From Alphaproteobacteria bacterium (GTDB taxonomy: Bacteria; Pseudomonadota; Alphaproteobacteria; GCA-2731375), in assembly GCA_965232515.1 (NCBI GenBank), contig CBDDPY010000002.1, positions 5,504,001 through 5,568,000 of the forward strand: a DNA stretch of 64,000 nucleotides, given 5' to 3'. Below the pieces are notes generated by a model, which searched no databases, had not been told where the DNA came from, and saw only the letters and a program-made list of their open reading frames with translations. The first letter of the stretch is position 1, and every line of letters starts with the position of its first letter. Of the stretch, positions 11,605 to 22,783 are shown piece after piece. The position numbers and the translations under genes were made by a program.

Positions 11605-12411
11605 ATGAAGCACATCCACCCCCTCGGACGGCTGCTGAAGCATTGGCGCACCGTCCGGCATATGAGTCAGCTCGATCTGGCGCTGCACGCGAATGTCTCG
11701 GCCCGCCATGTCAGTTTCATCGAAACAGGGCGCTCGCGGCCGAGCCGCGAGATGGTGCTGCAGCTCGCGGGCGCGCTGGAGCTGCCATTGCGCGAGAGCA
11801 ACGTGCTGCTGGAGGCGGCCGGGTTCGCCCAGGTCTACCGCCAGACCGACCTCGAAGACCCCGCGCTGGCCCAGGCGCGCCAGGCGCTCGACTTCATCCT
11901 GAAGGCGCACGAGCCCTATCCGGCCCTGGTGCTCGATCGCTACTGGAACATCGTCATGAGCAATCCGCCGTCGATGCGCGTCCTCGGCCATTTCATGGCC
12001 GATCCCGCCGCGATCACCCAGCCGCCGAACGCCGTGCGGCTGACCTTCGATCCGAACGGCTTGCGGCCCTTCATCGTCGACTGGGAGCCGGCGGCCGCTT
12101 TCGTCATCGACCGCGTGCACCGTGACGCGCTGGGCGGCGCCCCGGATGAGGGCACCATGGCCCTGCTGGACGAGGTGCTGAGCTATCCCGGTGTGCCGGC
12201 GGAATGGGCGCTGCCCAACCTCGACCAGCCGCCGGCGCCGCTGCTGCCGGTCTCGTTCGAGCGCGACAGCGTACGCGTCGACCTCTTCACCATGATGACC
12301 ACCTTCGGCACGCCCCAGGACGTCACCCTACAGGAGCTCCGCATCGAAAGCTTCTACCCGGCGAACCCGGAAAGCGAAGCGGCGCTGGCACGGATTTCTG
12401 GGGATGCCTGA
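11605..12411 (+). CDS. XRE-family HTH regulator with MmyB-like ligand-binding domain
   Basis: SQLDLA..ANVSARHVSFIETGRSRPS; HEPYPA; TTFGTPQDVTLQELRIESFYPA. Confidence 0.92.
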   Translation: MKHIHPLGRLLKHWRTVRHMSQLDLALHANVSARHVSFIETGRSRPSREMVLQLAGALELPLRESNVLLEAAGFAQVYRQTDLEDPALAQARQALDFILKAHEPYPALVLDRYWNIVMSNPPSMRVLGHFMADPAAITQPPNAVRLTFDPNGLRPFIVDWEPAAAFVIDRVHRDALGGAPDEGTMALLDEVLSYPGVPAEWALPNLDQPPAPLLPVSFERDSVRVDLFTMMTTFGTPQDVTLQELRIESFYPANPESEAALARISGDA

Positions 12412-12456
12412 AGTCGTTGGCCGGATTCCAAATTGCACGCTCGCGAACTCGGATCG

Positions 12457-12562
12457 CATCCTTCGAGACGGGCCTTTGGCCCTCCTCAGGATGAGGTTCT
12501 TGTTTGATATCAGTCCCTTGCCTCATCCTGAGGAGGCCCCGAAGGGGCCGTCTCGAAGGATG
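12457..12562. repeat. Rhizobial-type paired palindromic repeat (CCTCATCCTGAGGAG...GTCTCGAAGGATG family)
   Basis: Two inverted copies between convergent genes. Confidence 0.85.
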
Positions 12563-12594
12563 GGCCATCAGGTCGAGGCCGACGCCGCACGGCG

Positions 12595-13728
12595 TTAAAT
12601 TGCGTCGGCCAACCGCTCGAAATCCGACATCTCGTTGTAGACCTGCGCCGACAGCCGGGCCCAAAGGCGGCCTTGCCAGGGCAGCACCGGCACTTCGATA
12701 TCGTGCTCGAACAGCAACTTGTCCCGCAACGCCTGTGCTGTTTCCTTGTCCGCCGTGAACCGGTCTGGCAGGGCGGCGAGCGCCATCGACCCTGTCATAT
12801 CAGCCGGCGCCCCGACCGGCCCGTCCCAGCGTTGCCGCAGCATCTCGACCGCCTGGCGGACGAGGTCATGCCGATAGGCGGCGGCCGCCTCGATGCCCAG
12901 GTCCTCGAGAAACGCGATGCCGGCGGGCGCGGCGAGATAGGCCGAGGGGTCGCGGGTGCCCGTCCAGTCGAACTCTGCCGTATAGCTCTCGTCCAGCCCC
13001 CAGGAGATTACCGGCGGATGCAGACCGTCCTGGCCGTCGGCCGCGCTCCACATCACACCGCAGCCGCGCGGCGCGAAGGCCCATTTATGCAGGTTGCCGA
13101 CATACCAGTCGACGCCCAGCGCCGGTACGTCGACGTCGATCTGCCCCGGCGCGTGCGCGCCGTCGACAAGCACCTTGGCGCCGCGCTCATGGCACAGCGC
13201 CGCGATCTCCGCCACCGGCATCACCAGCCCCGTTTCCGAGACGATGTGGTCGATCAGCACCAGCCGCGTCTCCGGCGTCAGCGCCGCGCCGATCGCGGCG
13301 ACGGCCGCATCCGGCCCGTTGATCGGGAACGGGATCTCGGCCTCGTCCAGCCGCGCGCCCATCTGGCGGCACGCGTATCTGGCGGCGTTCTTCACCCCGC
13401 CATAGGTCTGGTTGTTGATCAGCACCGCGTCGTCCGGCGTCAGCGGAACTGAGCGCAGCACGGCGTTGACGCCCGTGGTGGCGTTGTCGACGAACACCCA
13501 GTCCTCGCCCGCGCCGCCAAGGAATGCCGCGACGGCGCCGGCCGCCTCGCGCAGCGCCGGCTTCAGCTCGCGCAGCATGAACTTCGCCGGTTGCCGCTCG
13601 ATGCGGGCGCGGATCTCGGCCTGAGCCTGCAGCACCGCCGTCGGCGTCACGCCGACCGTGCCGTGATTCAGATAGGCGACCGCTGGATCGAGCGGCCAGG
13701 CGTCGCGGATCGCGTGTCCGAACGGCAT
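12595..13728 (-). CDS. Class V PLP enzyme (isopenicillin N epimerase / EgtE-like)
   Basis: YLNHG, NATTG, VDGAHAPG, GNLHKW, GTRD, RLSAQVYN. Confidence 0.9.
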   Translation of the reverse strand: MPFGHAIRDAWPLDPAVAYLNHGTVGVTPTAVLQAQAEIRARIERQPAKFMLRELKPALREAAGAVAAFLGGAGEDWVFVDNATTGVNAVLRSVPLTPDDAVLINNQTYGGVKNAARYACRQMGARLDEAEIPFPINGPDAAVAAIGAALTPETRLVLIDHIVSETGLVMPVAEIAALCHERGAKVLVDGAHAPGQIDVDVPALGVDWYVGNLHKWAFAPRGCGVMWSAADGQDGLHPPVISWGLDESYTAEFDWTGTRDPSAYLAAPAGIAFLEDLGIEAAAAYRHDLVRQAVEMLRQRWDGPVGAPADMTGSMALAALPDRFTADKETAQALRDKLLFEHDIEVPVLPWQGRLWARLSAQVYNEMSDFERLADAI

Positions 13729-13733
13729 CCCGG

Positions 13734-14795
13734 CTATTGCGGCGCCGGTGCCGCGACCGCCGACTGGTCGAGCATCAGGCGCTTCAGATAGGCGAGATTG
13801 GCCATGTTCACGGACGGCCGGTTCGAGAACCGGGTCGGCGGCACGACCATGCGGCCGGCCGCGTCATAGATCGTGCGGATGCCCCAGATACCCCACAGCG
13901 TCGTGCCGGTCGCGCCGTAACGCAGGTCCGTCGCCTCGACCACGACACGGTTCCCGTCGCGGTAGCTGCGATAGAACGTCTTGCCCATGGCGAACCAATC
14001 CAGCAGGTCGGCCTCCCAACGCGCGCGGAAATCGGCGACCTGCGCATCGGTTGGCGGTTCCGCCTTGAACCACCGGATCGGACCAGGGTCCAGCATGGTG
14101 ATGAAGCCGACCCGCACCTCGTCCGGCCGGTAGACGATGATGCGGCGCAGGAAGGACTGGAAGATCGTCGGATAGGCGTGAACCTGGGCGTCCGCGACGC
14201 CTTCCGCCGCTAGTTGCCGGCGGGCCTCGTCCGCGGCCTGGCCGTTCAGCCACCAGGTATAGAGCAGGAAGCCGTTCGAAAAGATCAACGCCGCCATGGC
14301 CGTCCGGCGCGCCAGCCGCCATCGGCTGCCCGACCACCAGCCGACCAGCACCGCCAGCACGATCGGCACGGTATAGACCGGGTCGATGACCGGGATGGCG
14401 TCGATGGCGAAGCGCTGGTCGCTGAACGGCGCCAGCAGTTGCGTGCCATAGGCGGTGGACGCGTCCAGCAGCGAATGCGTCAGCAGCGCCAGCGTGCAGA
14501 GCCAGAGCCAGTCGGCGAACCGTCCCGGATCGGGCCCGCCGCGCCGCGCCCGCCACTGCGCCACCTGCCAGGCGAGCCAGCCCGTCGCCGGTCCGGCCAG
14601 CGGCACGATCAGCAGCGAGTGCGTGATGCCGCGGTGGTAGATCCAGCCCGACCACTGGTCGAACTTCACCACCACGTCCAGGTCGGGCCAGGCCGCGGCC
14701 ATGGCGCCGACGACGACGGCGCTGCGGCCGAGGCGCCGGTGGAACAGCGCCTGGCCGACGCCGGCGCCCAGAACGGCCTGAGTCAGTGGATCCAT
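13734..14795 (-). CDS. Membrane metal-dependent hydrolase (YdjM-like)
   Basis: MDPLTQ, PDLD, HRGITHS, THSLLD, YGT, IDP. Confidence 0.88.
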   Translation of the reverse strand: MDPLTQAVLGAGVGQALFHRRLGRSAVVVGAMAAAWPDLDVVVKFDQWSGWIYHRGITHSLLIVPLAGPATGWLAWQVAQWRARRGGPDPGRFADWLWLCTLALLTHSLLDASTAYGTQLLAPFSDQRFAIDAIPVIDPVYTVPIVLAVLVGWWSGSRWRLARRTAMAALIFSNGFLLYTWWLNGQAADEARRQLAAEGVADAQVHAYPTIFQSFLRRIIVYRPDEVRVGFITMLDPGPIRWFKAEPPTDAQVADFRARWEADLLDWFAMGKTFYRSYRDGNRVVVEATDLRYGATGTTLWGIWGIRTIYDAAGRMVVPPTRFSNRPSVNMANLAYLKRLMLDQSAVAAPAPQ

Positions 14796-14872
14796 ACGCG
14801 TAATCCAAATCCCACGGTCTTATATGGCACGGGCATGGTATATGCCGGAACCGCGAAGAGGAGGGGAAATTA

Positions 14873-15271
14873 ATGGCCGCAGCGCATCCGCCGATCGACC
14901 AGCAAGTAACATGGGTCTATACCGCCGATCTTCCAGGAACCGCGCCGTTCTATGCCGACATCCTGGGGCTGGAACTCGTGCTCGACCAGGGCCAGTGCCG
15001 GATTTTCCGGGCCGGTGCCGACAGTTTCATCGGCGTTTGCCACGCGCGTCCCGGCCGTCATGTCGAGCCCAAGGGCGTGGTCTTCACCTTCGTCACGCCG
15101 GATGTCGACGGCTGGCATGCCCGGCTGAAGGCCCACGGCGTCGCCTCGCTGGAAGAACCGCAGCGCAGCGAGGCCTTCAACGTCTATGCCTTCTTTGTGC
15201 GCGACCCCAACGGCTATCTCCTGGAATTCCAGCAATTCCTCGACCCCGCCTGGCCAGCGCCGAAGTCCTAG
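14873..15271 (+). CDS. VOC/glyoxalase family protein
   Basis: FYADILGL, RDPNGYLLEFQ; strong GAGGAGG upstream. Confidence 0.88.
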   Translation: MAAAHPPIDQQVTWVYTADLPGTAPFYADILGLELVLDQGQCRIFRAGADSFIGVCHARPGRHVEPKGVVFTFVTPDVDGWHARLKAHGVASLEEPQRSEAFNVYAFFVRDPNGYLLEFQQFLDPAWPAPKS

Positions 15272-15278
15272 AGGTCGA

Positions 15279-15370
15279 CTGGATTGCCGGGTCGAGCCCG
15301 GCAATGACGGTTTTTGCTGATGTCGACATCCTACACATTCGTCATGCCCGGACTTGATCCGGGCATCCAG
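15279..15370. repeat. Pair of REP-like palindromes (GTCAT-stem-ATCCA family)
   Basis: Same two unit types as 9280-9368, between convergent genes. Confidence 0.85.
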
Positions 15371-15379
15371 GGGCACCTG

Positions 15380-16528
15380 CTAAAGCGCCGCTTCGAGACG
15401 GTCGAGGGCGGTGGACAGGTTTTGTTCGGAATTGGCGAAGCAGAGGCGCAGATAGCCCGCGTTGTCCGGCCCGAACGCCGAGCCCGGCGCCAGGCCGACC
15501 CGGGCGTTGCGGATCAGGTCCTGGGCGAAGGCGAGATCGTCCTCGATGCCGTCGACGCCGAAAAACGCATAGAACGCCGCCTGCGGCCGGGTGATCCGCA
15601 CCCGGTCCATGCCCGACAGCCGCTGGAAGACGATTTCCCGGCCCCGACGGCAGCGCTCGACCATTTCCTGCACGAATTCCTCGCCCTGCTGAATGGCGGC
15701 GACGCCGGCATGCTGCACGAAGCTGGTCGAGCCGGTGTTGTTGATGCCCGACAGGTCGCCCATGCGGTCGCCGAGCTCGGCCGGATGGATCAGCCAGCCG
15801 CAGCGCCAGCCGGTCATGGCCCAGGACTTCGAGAAGCTGTGCACGGCGAAGATGGGATCGTCCGGCTTGGAAATCTGCAGGAACGACGGCGCCACCGGCC
15901 GGTCGTAGACGATGCGGTGATAAACCTCGTCGGCGATGATCCAGATGCCGCGCTTGCGGCAGAATTCCAGCACCGCCTCCTGTTCGTCGCGCTCCATCAG
16001 CCAGCCGGTCGGATTGCTGGGCGAGGCGATGAACAGTGCCTTGGTGCGCTCGTCGCAGGCCGCGAACAACTTGTCGAGATCGAGCTTCCAGCCGGTCTCG
16101 GTATCGTCCAGCCGCACGTGTCGGCATTCGCCGCCCATGGTCTCGACAGCGTAAAAGATGTTCGGCCAGATCGGCGAGATCATGACCACGTTGTCGCCGT
16201 TGTCGACCAGGCATTCGACCGCGATCATGATCGCCGTCATGCCCGAGCCCATGGCCGTGACCCGCTCGAATTCCAGCTCGATGTCGTATTGTGCCTCCAT
16301 GTATTTCTGGATGGCGGTGCGGATTTCGGGAATCCCACGTTTGTTGACGTATTTCGTATGACCGGCGCGGATCGCGGCGATCGCGGCCTCGCTGACGAAA
16401 TCGGGCGTCGCCAGATCGGACTCGCCGAACCACAGCGGGATGATGTCGGGATCGCCGATCGCCAGCTTGGCGACCTCGCCGATGCGCTGGTTCTCCATGT
16501 CGGCGACGGCGGGACGGATACGCGGCAT
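15380..16528 (-). CDS. Class I/II PLP-dependent aminotransferase
   Basis: WFGESD, SPSNPTG, DEVY, SFSKSWAMTGWRCG. Confidence 0.93.
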   Translation of the reverse strand: MPRIRPAVADMENQRIGEVAKLAIGDPDIIPLWFGESDLATPDFVSEAAIAAIRAGHTKYVNKRGIPEIRTAIQKYMEAQYDIELEFERVTAMGSGMTAIMIAVECLVDNGDNVVMISPIWPNIFYAVETMGGECRHVRLDDTETGWKLDLDKLFAACDERTKALFIASPSNPTGWLMERDEQEAVLEFCRKRGIWIIADEVYHRIVYDRPVAPSFLQISKPDDPIFAVHSFSKSWAMTGWRCGWLIHPAELGDRMGDLSGINNTGSTSFVQHAGVAAIQQGEEFVQEMVERCRRGREIVFQRLSGMDRVRITRPQAAFYAFFGVDGIEDDLAFAQDLIRNARVGLAPGSAFGPDNAGYLRLCFANSEQNLSTALDRLEAAL

Positions 16529-16638
16529 ATCTGGTCTCACTCGGCAGCGAAAATTCGTTTGAACGCGGTAACTTGCGATGATGGGCGGGCGGGCGCAATC
16601 AATGAATTGTCGCAATTGTCCCCGTTGTCGAGAGTCGC

Positions 16639-17274
16639 GTGATGGTTAACGCACCCGCCGATAAACGTTTCGAAGCCCCGTTCGAGCCGCTTTCCGCCGA
16701 AGCGCGGGCCGCGTCGCTGCGCGATACCTTGGCTGCGCGGCCCGAAAGCGGCGATGTCTGGCTGTTCGGCTATGGCGGCCTGATGTGGGACCCGCGTATC
16801 AACCACGTGGAAGCCAGGCCGGCCCGCATCGCCGGCTGGCACCGTAGCTTTTGCATCTGGACGCTGCTTGCCCGCGGCACCCCTGAACGGCCGGGGCTCG
16901 CATTGGCCCTGGACCGGGGCGGCGCCTGCGACGGCATGGCGTTTCGCATTGCAGAAGCCGATACGGACGACGCGCTGCGCCAGGTTTGGGATCGCGAGAT
17001 GTACACGGGCATCTACCGGCCGCGCTGGCTGCCGGCCACTGTCGACGGCGTTGAGGTCGACGCCATCGCCTTCACTGTCGAGCACACGCATCCCCAATAT
17101 GCCGGCGCCCTGTCCCCTGACACGGCTGCCCGCTACATCGCCCGCGCCCACGGCGAGAACGGCGCTTGCCGCGACTATCTCGCCAACACCGTGCGGCACC
17201 TGGCCGCGCTCGGCATCGACGAGCCGGACCTGCGGGATCTGTTGCGACGGGTTGACGAGATTGCAACCGGTTGA
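16639..17274 (+). CDS. ChaC-like gamma-glutamylcyclotransferase
   Basis: WLFGYGGLMW, RGTPERPG, WDREM, DYLANT. Confidence 0.9.
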   Translation: MMVNAPADKRFEAPFEPLSAEARAASLRDTLAARPESGDVWLFGYGGLMWDPRINHVEARPARIAGWHRSFCIWTLLARGTPERPGLALALDRGGACDGMAFRIAEADTDDALRQVWDREMYTGIYRPRWLPATVDGVEVDAIAFTVEHTHPQYAGALSPDTAARYIARAHGENGACRDYLANTVRHLAALGIDEPDLRDLLRRVDEIATG

Positions 17275-17322
17275 GGCCTGGGCGAGACTGCCGGCCGTGC
17301 TTTATCCATCAGATCAGTTCCC

Positions 17323-19584
17323 ATGACCGGCGGCGGGGGCAGGCTGGAGGACCGGCGGTTCCTCACCGGCGCCGGCCGCTATACCGACGACATCGCCGTC
17401 GACGGCGCGGCGCATGGCTGCGTGCTGCGCTCGCCCCACGCCCACGGCCGCATCCTGAGCATCGACGCATCGGCGGCGCGGGCCGCGCCCGGCGTGCTTG
17501 CCGTACTGACGGCGGAAGAGCTGCGCGCCGACGGCCTCGGCCCGATCCATTCGCCCATCGACATCACCAACAGCGACGGCAGTGCCTATGCCAATCCCGG
17601 CCGGCCGATTCTCTGCGCCGACCGCGTGCGCTTCGTCGGCGACGCCGTGGCGTTCGTCGTCGCCGAAACGGCGCTGCAGGCCCAGGACGCGGTCGAGCTG
17701 ATCGACGTCGACATCGAGCCGCTGCCGCACGCCGTCGACCCGGTTGCCGCCATGGCCGCCGATGCGACGCCGCTCTATGACGGCGTTGAGGCGAACCGCT
17801 GCTTCGACTGGACCATCGGCGACGCGGCGGCCACCGACCGTACCTTCGCCGATGCCGCCCACGTCGTCCGCCTGGACCTGGTCAACAACCGTCTGTCGCC
17901 GAACAGCCTGGAGCCGCGCGTCGCCATCGGCAGCTACGATTCCACCGACGGCCGCTACACGCTCCGCACGCCGTGCCAGGGCGTGCACATGGTGCGGGCG
18001 CCGCTGGCCGAGCAGGTCCTGCGCATCCCGCCGGACCGCCTGCGCGTGCTGACATCCGACGTCGGCGGCGGCTTCGGCATGAAGCTGTTTCCCTATCCCG
18101 AGCACGCGCTGGTGCTCTGGGCGGCGCGCCGGCTCGGCCGGCCCGTGCGCTGGTGTTCCGATCGCGCCGAGGCTTTCCTCGGCGACGCCCATTGCCGCGA
18201 CCATGTCACGCAGGCCGAGCTGGCCCTTGGCGCCGACGGCCGTTTCCTCGGTCTGCGCGTCCATACGCTCGCCAATCTGGGCGCGGCGCTCTCCTATTTC
18301 GGGCCGTCGATCCCAACCCGGGGCTACTCGAAGGTCATGGCCAGCATCTACCGCTGGACCGCCATGCATCTTTCGGTCGAAGGCGTGTTCACCAACACCG
18401 CCCCGGTCGACGCCTATCGCGGCGCCGGCAAGCCGGAAGCGATCTATGTTGTCGAGCGGCTGATCGATGCCGCCGCTTTCGATCTGGGCCTCGATCCGGC
18501 TGAGCTGCGCCGCCGCAACATGCTGCGCCCCGCCGATCTGCCACACACCACGCCATTCGGCTTCAGCATCGACAGTGGCGATTTCCCCGGGCTGCTCGAC
18601 GCCGCGCTTAAGCGTGTCGACCGCGCCGGCTTCGCCGCCCGCCGAGAGGCTTCGGCGGCCCGCGGCCGCCGCCGCGGCTTTGGCCTGGCCTTCTACGTGC
18701 ACGCCACCGGCGGCAACGCCGGCGAGACCTCGCGGATCGAGATCGGCGCCGCCGGCGTCGTCCGCGCCTTCACCGGCACCCAGTCCGGCGGCCAGGGGCA
18801 CGAGACGGTCTTCGCCGAGCTCATCGCCGAGCGCCTCGGCGTGCCGGTCTCGGCCGTCGAGGTAAGCCAGGGCGACAGCGATGCGCTGCCGCGCGGCGGC
18901 GGCACCGGTGGCTCGTCGTCCGCGATCATTAGCGGCAATACGCTGCTGCTGGCTGGCGACGCCGCCATCGCGGTCGGCCGCGATCAGGCGGCCGAACAGC
19001 TCGAGGTCGCGGCCGAGGACCTGGAATTCGCCGACGGCGCCTACCACGTCGCCGGCACCGACCGCCGGATCGAGTTGCTCGCCGTGGCCAAGGCGGCGCC
19101 GATCCGCGGCGAAGCGGACTTCGCCACCGACAACGAGAGCTACCCCAACGGCTGCCAGATCTGCGAGGTCGAGATCGATCCCGAGACCGGGCATGTCGAG
19201 ATCATGCGCTATACCTCGCTGGACGATATCGGCCGCATGCTGCGGCCGGCGCTGGTCGCGGGCCAGCTACAGGGCGGCATCGTCCAAGGCATCGGTCAGG
19301 CGCTCATGGAGCAGGCGGTCTACGATCCCGAGTCGGGCCAGTTGCTGACCGGCTCGTTCATGGACTATTGCCTCGCGCGAGCCGACGACCTGCCGGCCTT
19401 CGACAGCGATTTCCTGCCCGTCGCGACGCAACGCAACCCGCTCGGTCTCAAGGGCGTCGGCGAATGCGGCACCATCGGCGCGCCGCCGGCCGTGATCGGC
19501 GCCGTCGCCGACGCGCTGGGCCTGCGCCATATCGACATGCCGGCGACACCGGAGCGCGTCTGGCGCGCGCTTCGGCATCGCTGA
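17323..19584 (+). CDS. Xanthine dehydrogenase family molybdopterin-binding subunit (CoxL form II-like)
   Basis: [43 protein letters not shown]. Confidence 0.93.
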   Translation: MTGGGGRLEDRRFLTGAGRYTDDIAVDGAAHGCVLRSPHAHGRILSIDASAARAAPGVLAVLTAEELRADGLGPIHSPIDITNSDGSAYANPGRPILCADRVRFVGDAVAFVVAETALQAQDAVELIDVDIEPLPHAVDPVAAMAADATPLYDGVEANRCFDWTIGDAAATDRTFADAAHVVRLDLVNNRLSPNSLEPRVAIGSYDSTDGRYTLRTPCQGVHMVRAPLAEQVLRIPPDRLRVLTSDVGGGFGMKLFPYPEHALVLWAARRLGRPVRWCSDRAEAFLGDAHCRDHVTQAELALGADGRFLGLRVHTLANLGAALSYFGPSIPTRGYSKVMASIYRWTAMHLSVEGVFTNTAPVDAYRGAGKPEAIYVVERLIDAAAFDLGLDPAELRRRNMLRPADLPHTTPFGFSIDSGDFPGLLDAALKRVDRAGFAARREASAARGRRRGFGLAFYVHATGGNAGETSRIEIGAAGVVRAFTGTQSGGQGHETVFAELIAERLGVPVSAVEVSQGDSDALPRGGGTGGSSSAIISGNTLLLAGDAAIAVGRDQAAEQLEVAAEDLEFADGAYHVAGTDRRIELLAVAKAAPIRGEADFATDNESYPNGCQICEVEIDPETGHVEIMRYTSLDDIGRMLRPALVAGQLQGGIVQGIGQALMEQAVYDPESGQLLTGSFMDYCLARADDLPAFDSDFLPVATQRNPLGLKGVGECGTIGAPPAVIGAVADALGLRHIDMPATPERVWRALRHR

Positions 19585-19602
19585 CGCTCCCGCGCCGACG
19601 GC

Positions 19603-20544
19603 ATGAACACCACGGTCGACATCGTCCTGCCTGTCTTTGCGCTCGTCGCCGTCGGCTATGCCATCGGCCGCACCCGCCTGCTCGGCGACGGCGGCGTGCA
19701 GGGCATCTCCAACTTCGTGTTCTATGTGGCGATCCCGACGCTCCTGTTCCGCACCATGAGCCGGATCGAGCTGCCCGAGATCGGCAGCCTCGGCATCGTC
19801 TTCGCCTATTTCGGCGGTTGTCTTCTGGTTTTCCCGGTCGCCGCCGTCGTCGGCCGGCTGCTGTTCGGCATCGGCCGCGACGAGCAGGCCGTCATGGGCA
19901 TGGGCGCGGTGTTCTCGAATACCGTGCTGCTCGGCATTCCGCTGGTTTTCACCGCCTTCGGCGAGGACGGCGTCGTCGCCATCATGCTGATCGTCATGTT
20001 CCATTCGATCACGCTGATTACGCTGCCGACGATCCTGCTCGAGGTGGCGCGCGGCGAGCGCGGCCGGAGCGGCCGGATCATCTGGTCGACGCTGACGGCG
20101 CTGGCGCGCAACCCGGTGATTGTCGCCATGCTGGCCGGGCTCGCCTATGGCGGCCTCGGCTTCACGCTGCCGGCCCCGGTCGACCGCTTCGCCGGCCTGA
20201 TGAGCGGCGCCGCCGCGCCGTGCGCCCTGTTCGCGCTCGGCGCCTCGCTCGCCGGCTACCGCATCGCCGGCAGTCTGCGCGAAACCTTCACCCTCATCGG
20301 ATTCAAGCTGCTGGTGCACCCCGTCGCGGTCTGGCTGCTGGGGCGTTACGTCTTCGATCTGGCGCCGCTCTGGCTCGCCGTCGCCACCATCACCGCGGCC
20401 CTGCCGGTCGGCGCCAACGTCTTCGTGCTGGCCCAGCGGTACGACGTCTATGTCCAACGTTCGACCTCGGCGACGTTGATCTCGACCGCGCTCTCGGTCG
20501 TCAGCCTCGCGGTCCTGATCGCCTATTTCGCGCCGAACGGCTAA
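19603..20544 (+). CDS. AEC (auxin efflux carrier) family transporter
   Basis: About 10 TM; [25 protein letters not shown]. Confidence 0.9.
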   Translation: MNTTVDIVLPVFALVAVGYAIGRTRLLGDGGVQGISNFVFYVAIPTLLFRTMSRIELPEIGSLGIVFAYFGGCLLVFPVAAVVGRLLFGIGRDEQAVMGMGAVFSNTVLLGIPLVFTAFGEDGVVAIMLIVMFHSITLITLPTILLEVARGERGRSGRIIWSTLTALARNPVIVAMLAGLAYGGLGFTLPAPVDRFAGLMSGAAAPCALFALGASLAGYRIAGSLRETFTLIGFKLLVHPVAVWLLGRYVFDLAPLWLAVATITAALPVGANVFVLAQRYDVYVQRSTSATLISTALSVVSLAVLIAYFAPNG

Positions 20545-20553
20545 GATCGACGC

Positions 20554-20955
20554 ATGAGCGACCGCGACGCCGTGTTGTTTGCCAACGAGGCCTTTTATCG
20601 CGCTTTCGCCGACCGCGATCTGCCGGCGATGGACCGCGTCTGGTCGCAAGCCGACGATATCGTCTGCATACATCCGGGCTGGGCGCCGGTCGAGGGCCGG
20701 GACCAGGTCATGGAGAGCTGGCAGGCGATCCTCGGCAATCCGTCCTCGCCTGCGATCTTGTGTCGCGGCCCGCGTGCCTGGTTGCGGGGCGAGATGGCCT
20801 TCGTCGTCTGTTTTGAGGAAATCGACGGTCAATTCCTGCTGGCGACCAACATTTTTGTCCACGAGGGCGGAATCTGGCGGCTGGTCCACCATCAGGCAGG
20901 CCCCACTAACGGCGTGCCTGAGGAGGAAGAAGCGGCTGAACCGACGGTCAACTGA
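20554..20955 (+). CDS. SnoaL/NTF2-like protein
   Basis: ANEAFYRAF, CIHPGW, ATNIF, WRLVHHQA. Confidence 0.88.
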   Translation: MSDRDAVLFANEAFYRAFADRDLPAMDRVWSQADDIVCIHPGWAPVEGRDQVMESWQAILGNPSSPAILCRGPRAWLRGEMAFVVCFEEIDGQFLLATNIFVHEGGIWRLVHHQAGPTNGVPEEEEAAEPTVN

Positions 20956-21124
20956 CCGCCGAAACACGAGGTTGTGTCCAAATCCGCAGTTGCGCGCTGC
21001 AAAAAACTGGGCTAGCGAGGCTTCTGCACGCCACTATAATCAAAGCAGATCATGAATGTGGGATGCTCGTCTGGCGTGATCGGGCTGGACCGGACGGGTA
21101 CATCACGGAGGGGAGAGTTTCAGG

Positions 21125-22708
21125 ATGAGAGCAAAGCTGTTTATCGGCGGCATGCTGGCGGTCGCCACCGCCATGGCGGCCGCATCGGCACAGGCCGAGA
21201 ACGTGCTGCGTTGGTCGAGCCAGGGCGATGCCCTGACGCTGGATCCGCATTCGCAGAACGAGGGGCCGACGACGGTCACCAACCAGCAGATGTATGACGC
21301 GCTGGTGCAACGCGACTGGGAGCTGAAGCTGCACCCGGCGCTGGCGACCGAATGGAAGCCGCTGGACTCCAACACCTGGGAGTTCAAGCTGCGCCAGGGC
21401 GTGAAGTTCCACGACGGCAGCGATTTTACCGCCGACGACGTGGTCTTCAGCCTCAAGCGCGCCAAGGCCAAGACCTCGGACTTCAAGGGCTATGTCAACT
21501 CGATCACCGACGTGGTCAAGGTCGACGACTTCACCGTGCATATCCGTACCCAGGCCGCCAATCCGATCCTGCCGTCGCAATTGAACAGCGTCCGGATCAT
21601 GTCGAAGGGCTGGGCTGTGGCCAACAAGGTCGTCGAGCCGCAGGACTATGCCGATAACCAGGAGACCTTCGCGGTTCGCAACACCAACGGCACCGGTCCG
21701 TTCGTGCTCGAGCTGCGTGAGCCCGACGTGCAGACCGTGATGGTCAAGAACGAGAACTACTGGGATCTCACGAACTATCCGCACAACGTCGACAAGATCA
21801 TCTACCGGCCGGTGCAGTCGAACCCGACCCGGGTCGCGGCTTTGCTCTCGGGCGAGCTCGATTTCCTGCTCGACCCGCCGGTGCAGGATCTCGGCCGGAT
21901 CAAGGCGACGCCGGGCCTGACGCTGAAGCAGGTGGCGCAGATCCGCACCATCTTCCTTGGCATGGATCAGGGGTCGGAGGAACTGAAGTACGCCGACGTC
22001 AAGGGCGCCAATCCGTTCAGCGACAAGCGCGTCCGCCAGGCCATGTACCAGGCCATCGACATCGAGACGATCAAGAAGAAGGTCATGCGCGGCCTGTCGT
22101 TCCCGGCCGGCATCGTCACCTCGCCGGGCGTGCACGGCTATACCGAGGCGCTCGACAAGCGGCTGCCCTATGACGTCGACCGGGCCAAGGCGCTGATGGC
22201 CGAGGCCGGCTACGAGGACGGCTTCGGCGTCACGCTCGACTGCCCGAACAACCGCTACGTCAACGACGAGGCGATCTGTCAGGCCGTGGTGCCGATGCTG
22301 GCCCAGATCGGCATCAAGGTCGATCTCGCCGCCCGGCCGAAGAGCGTGCACTTCAAGCGTCTGCAACAGCGCGACACCAGCTTCTATATGCTGGGCTGGG
22401 GCGTGCCGACGCTGGATTCGCACTATGTCTTCGAGTATCTGGCGCACACGACCGACGGCAAGCGCGGCAGCTGGAACTTCACCGGCTTCTCGAACACGCG
22501 TATGGACGAAGTGACGCAGAAGATGCTGTCCGAGGTCGTGGCCGAAAAGCGCGATCAGCTGGTCGCCGAGGCCTGGGACATCCTCAAGGGCGACATCGCC
22601 TATCTGCCCCTGCATCACCAAGTGATCTCATGGGCGATGAGCGACAAGCTCGACCTGCCGATCGTCGCCAACGACTCGCCCAACTTCAAGTGGGCGCGGT
22701 TCAAGTAG
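21125..22708 (+). CDS. ABC transporter substrate-binding protein, family 5 (peptide/nickel)
   Basis: Signal peptide; LDPH, LRQGVKFHDG, GTGPF, VRQA. Confidence 0.95.
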   Translation: MRAKLFIGGMLAVATAMAAASAQAENVLRWSSQGDALTLDPHSQNEGPTTVTNQQMYDALVQRDWELKLHPALATEWKPLDSNTWEFKLRQGVKFHDGSDFTADDVVFSLKRAKAKTSDFKGYVNSITDVVKVDDFTVHIRTQAANPILPSQLNSVRIMSKGWAVANKVVEPQDYADNQETFAVRNTNGTGPFVLELREPDVQTVMVKNENYWDLTNYPHNVDKIIYRPVQSNPTRVAALLSGELDFLLDPPVQDLGRIKATPGLTLKQVAQIRTIFLGMDQGSEELKYADVKGANPFSDKRVRQAMYQAIDIETIKKKVMRGLSFPAGIVTSPGVHGYTEALDKRLPYDVDRAKALMAEAGYEDGFGVTLDCPNNRYVNDEAICQAVVPMLAQIGIKVDLAARPKSVHFKRLQQRDTSFYMLGWGVPTLDSHYVFEYLAHTTDGKRGSWNFTGFSNTRMDEVTQKMLSEVVAEKRDQLVAEAWDILKGDIAYLPLHHQVISWAMSDKLDLPIVANDSPNFKWARFK

Positions 22709-22722
22709 GTTGACCATGACGT

Positions 22723-22766
22723 CGCGCGGCCCGGGACTCCCTGTCCCGGGCCGCGCGCGCGTTTTT
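22723..22766 (+). terminator. GC stem-loop followed by T tract after the binding-protein gene (terminator or stabiliser)
   Basis: CGCGCGGCCCGGGAC / GTCCCGGGCCGCGCG then TTTTT. Confidence 0.7.
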
Positions 22767-22783
22767 CACGAGTGTGACGCGCC

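Noticed and set aside
14825-14846. Possible sigma-54 promoter upstream of the VOC gene
   Set aside because: TGGCAC lacks a correctly spaced GC; the alternative GG-N10-GC register fits the consensus poorly.
17323-19584. Aerobic CO dehydrogenase call
   Set aside because: Lacks the form I AYxCSFR loop and adjacent coxM/coxS.
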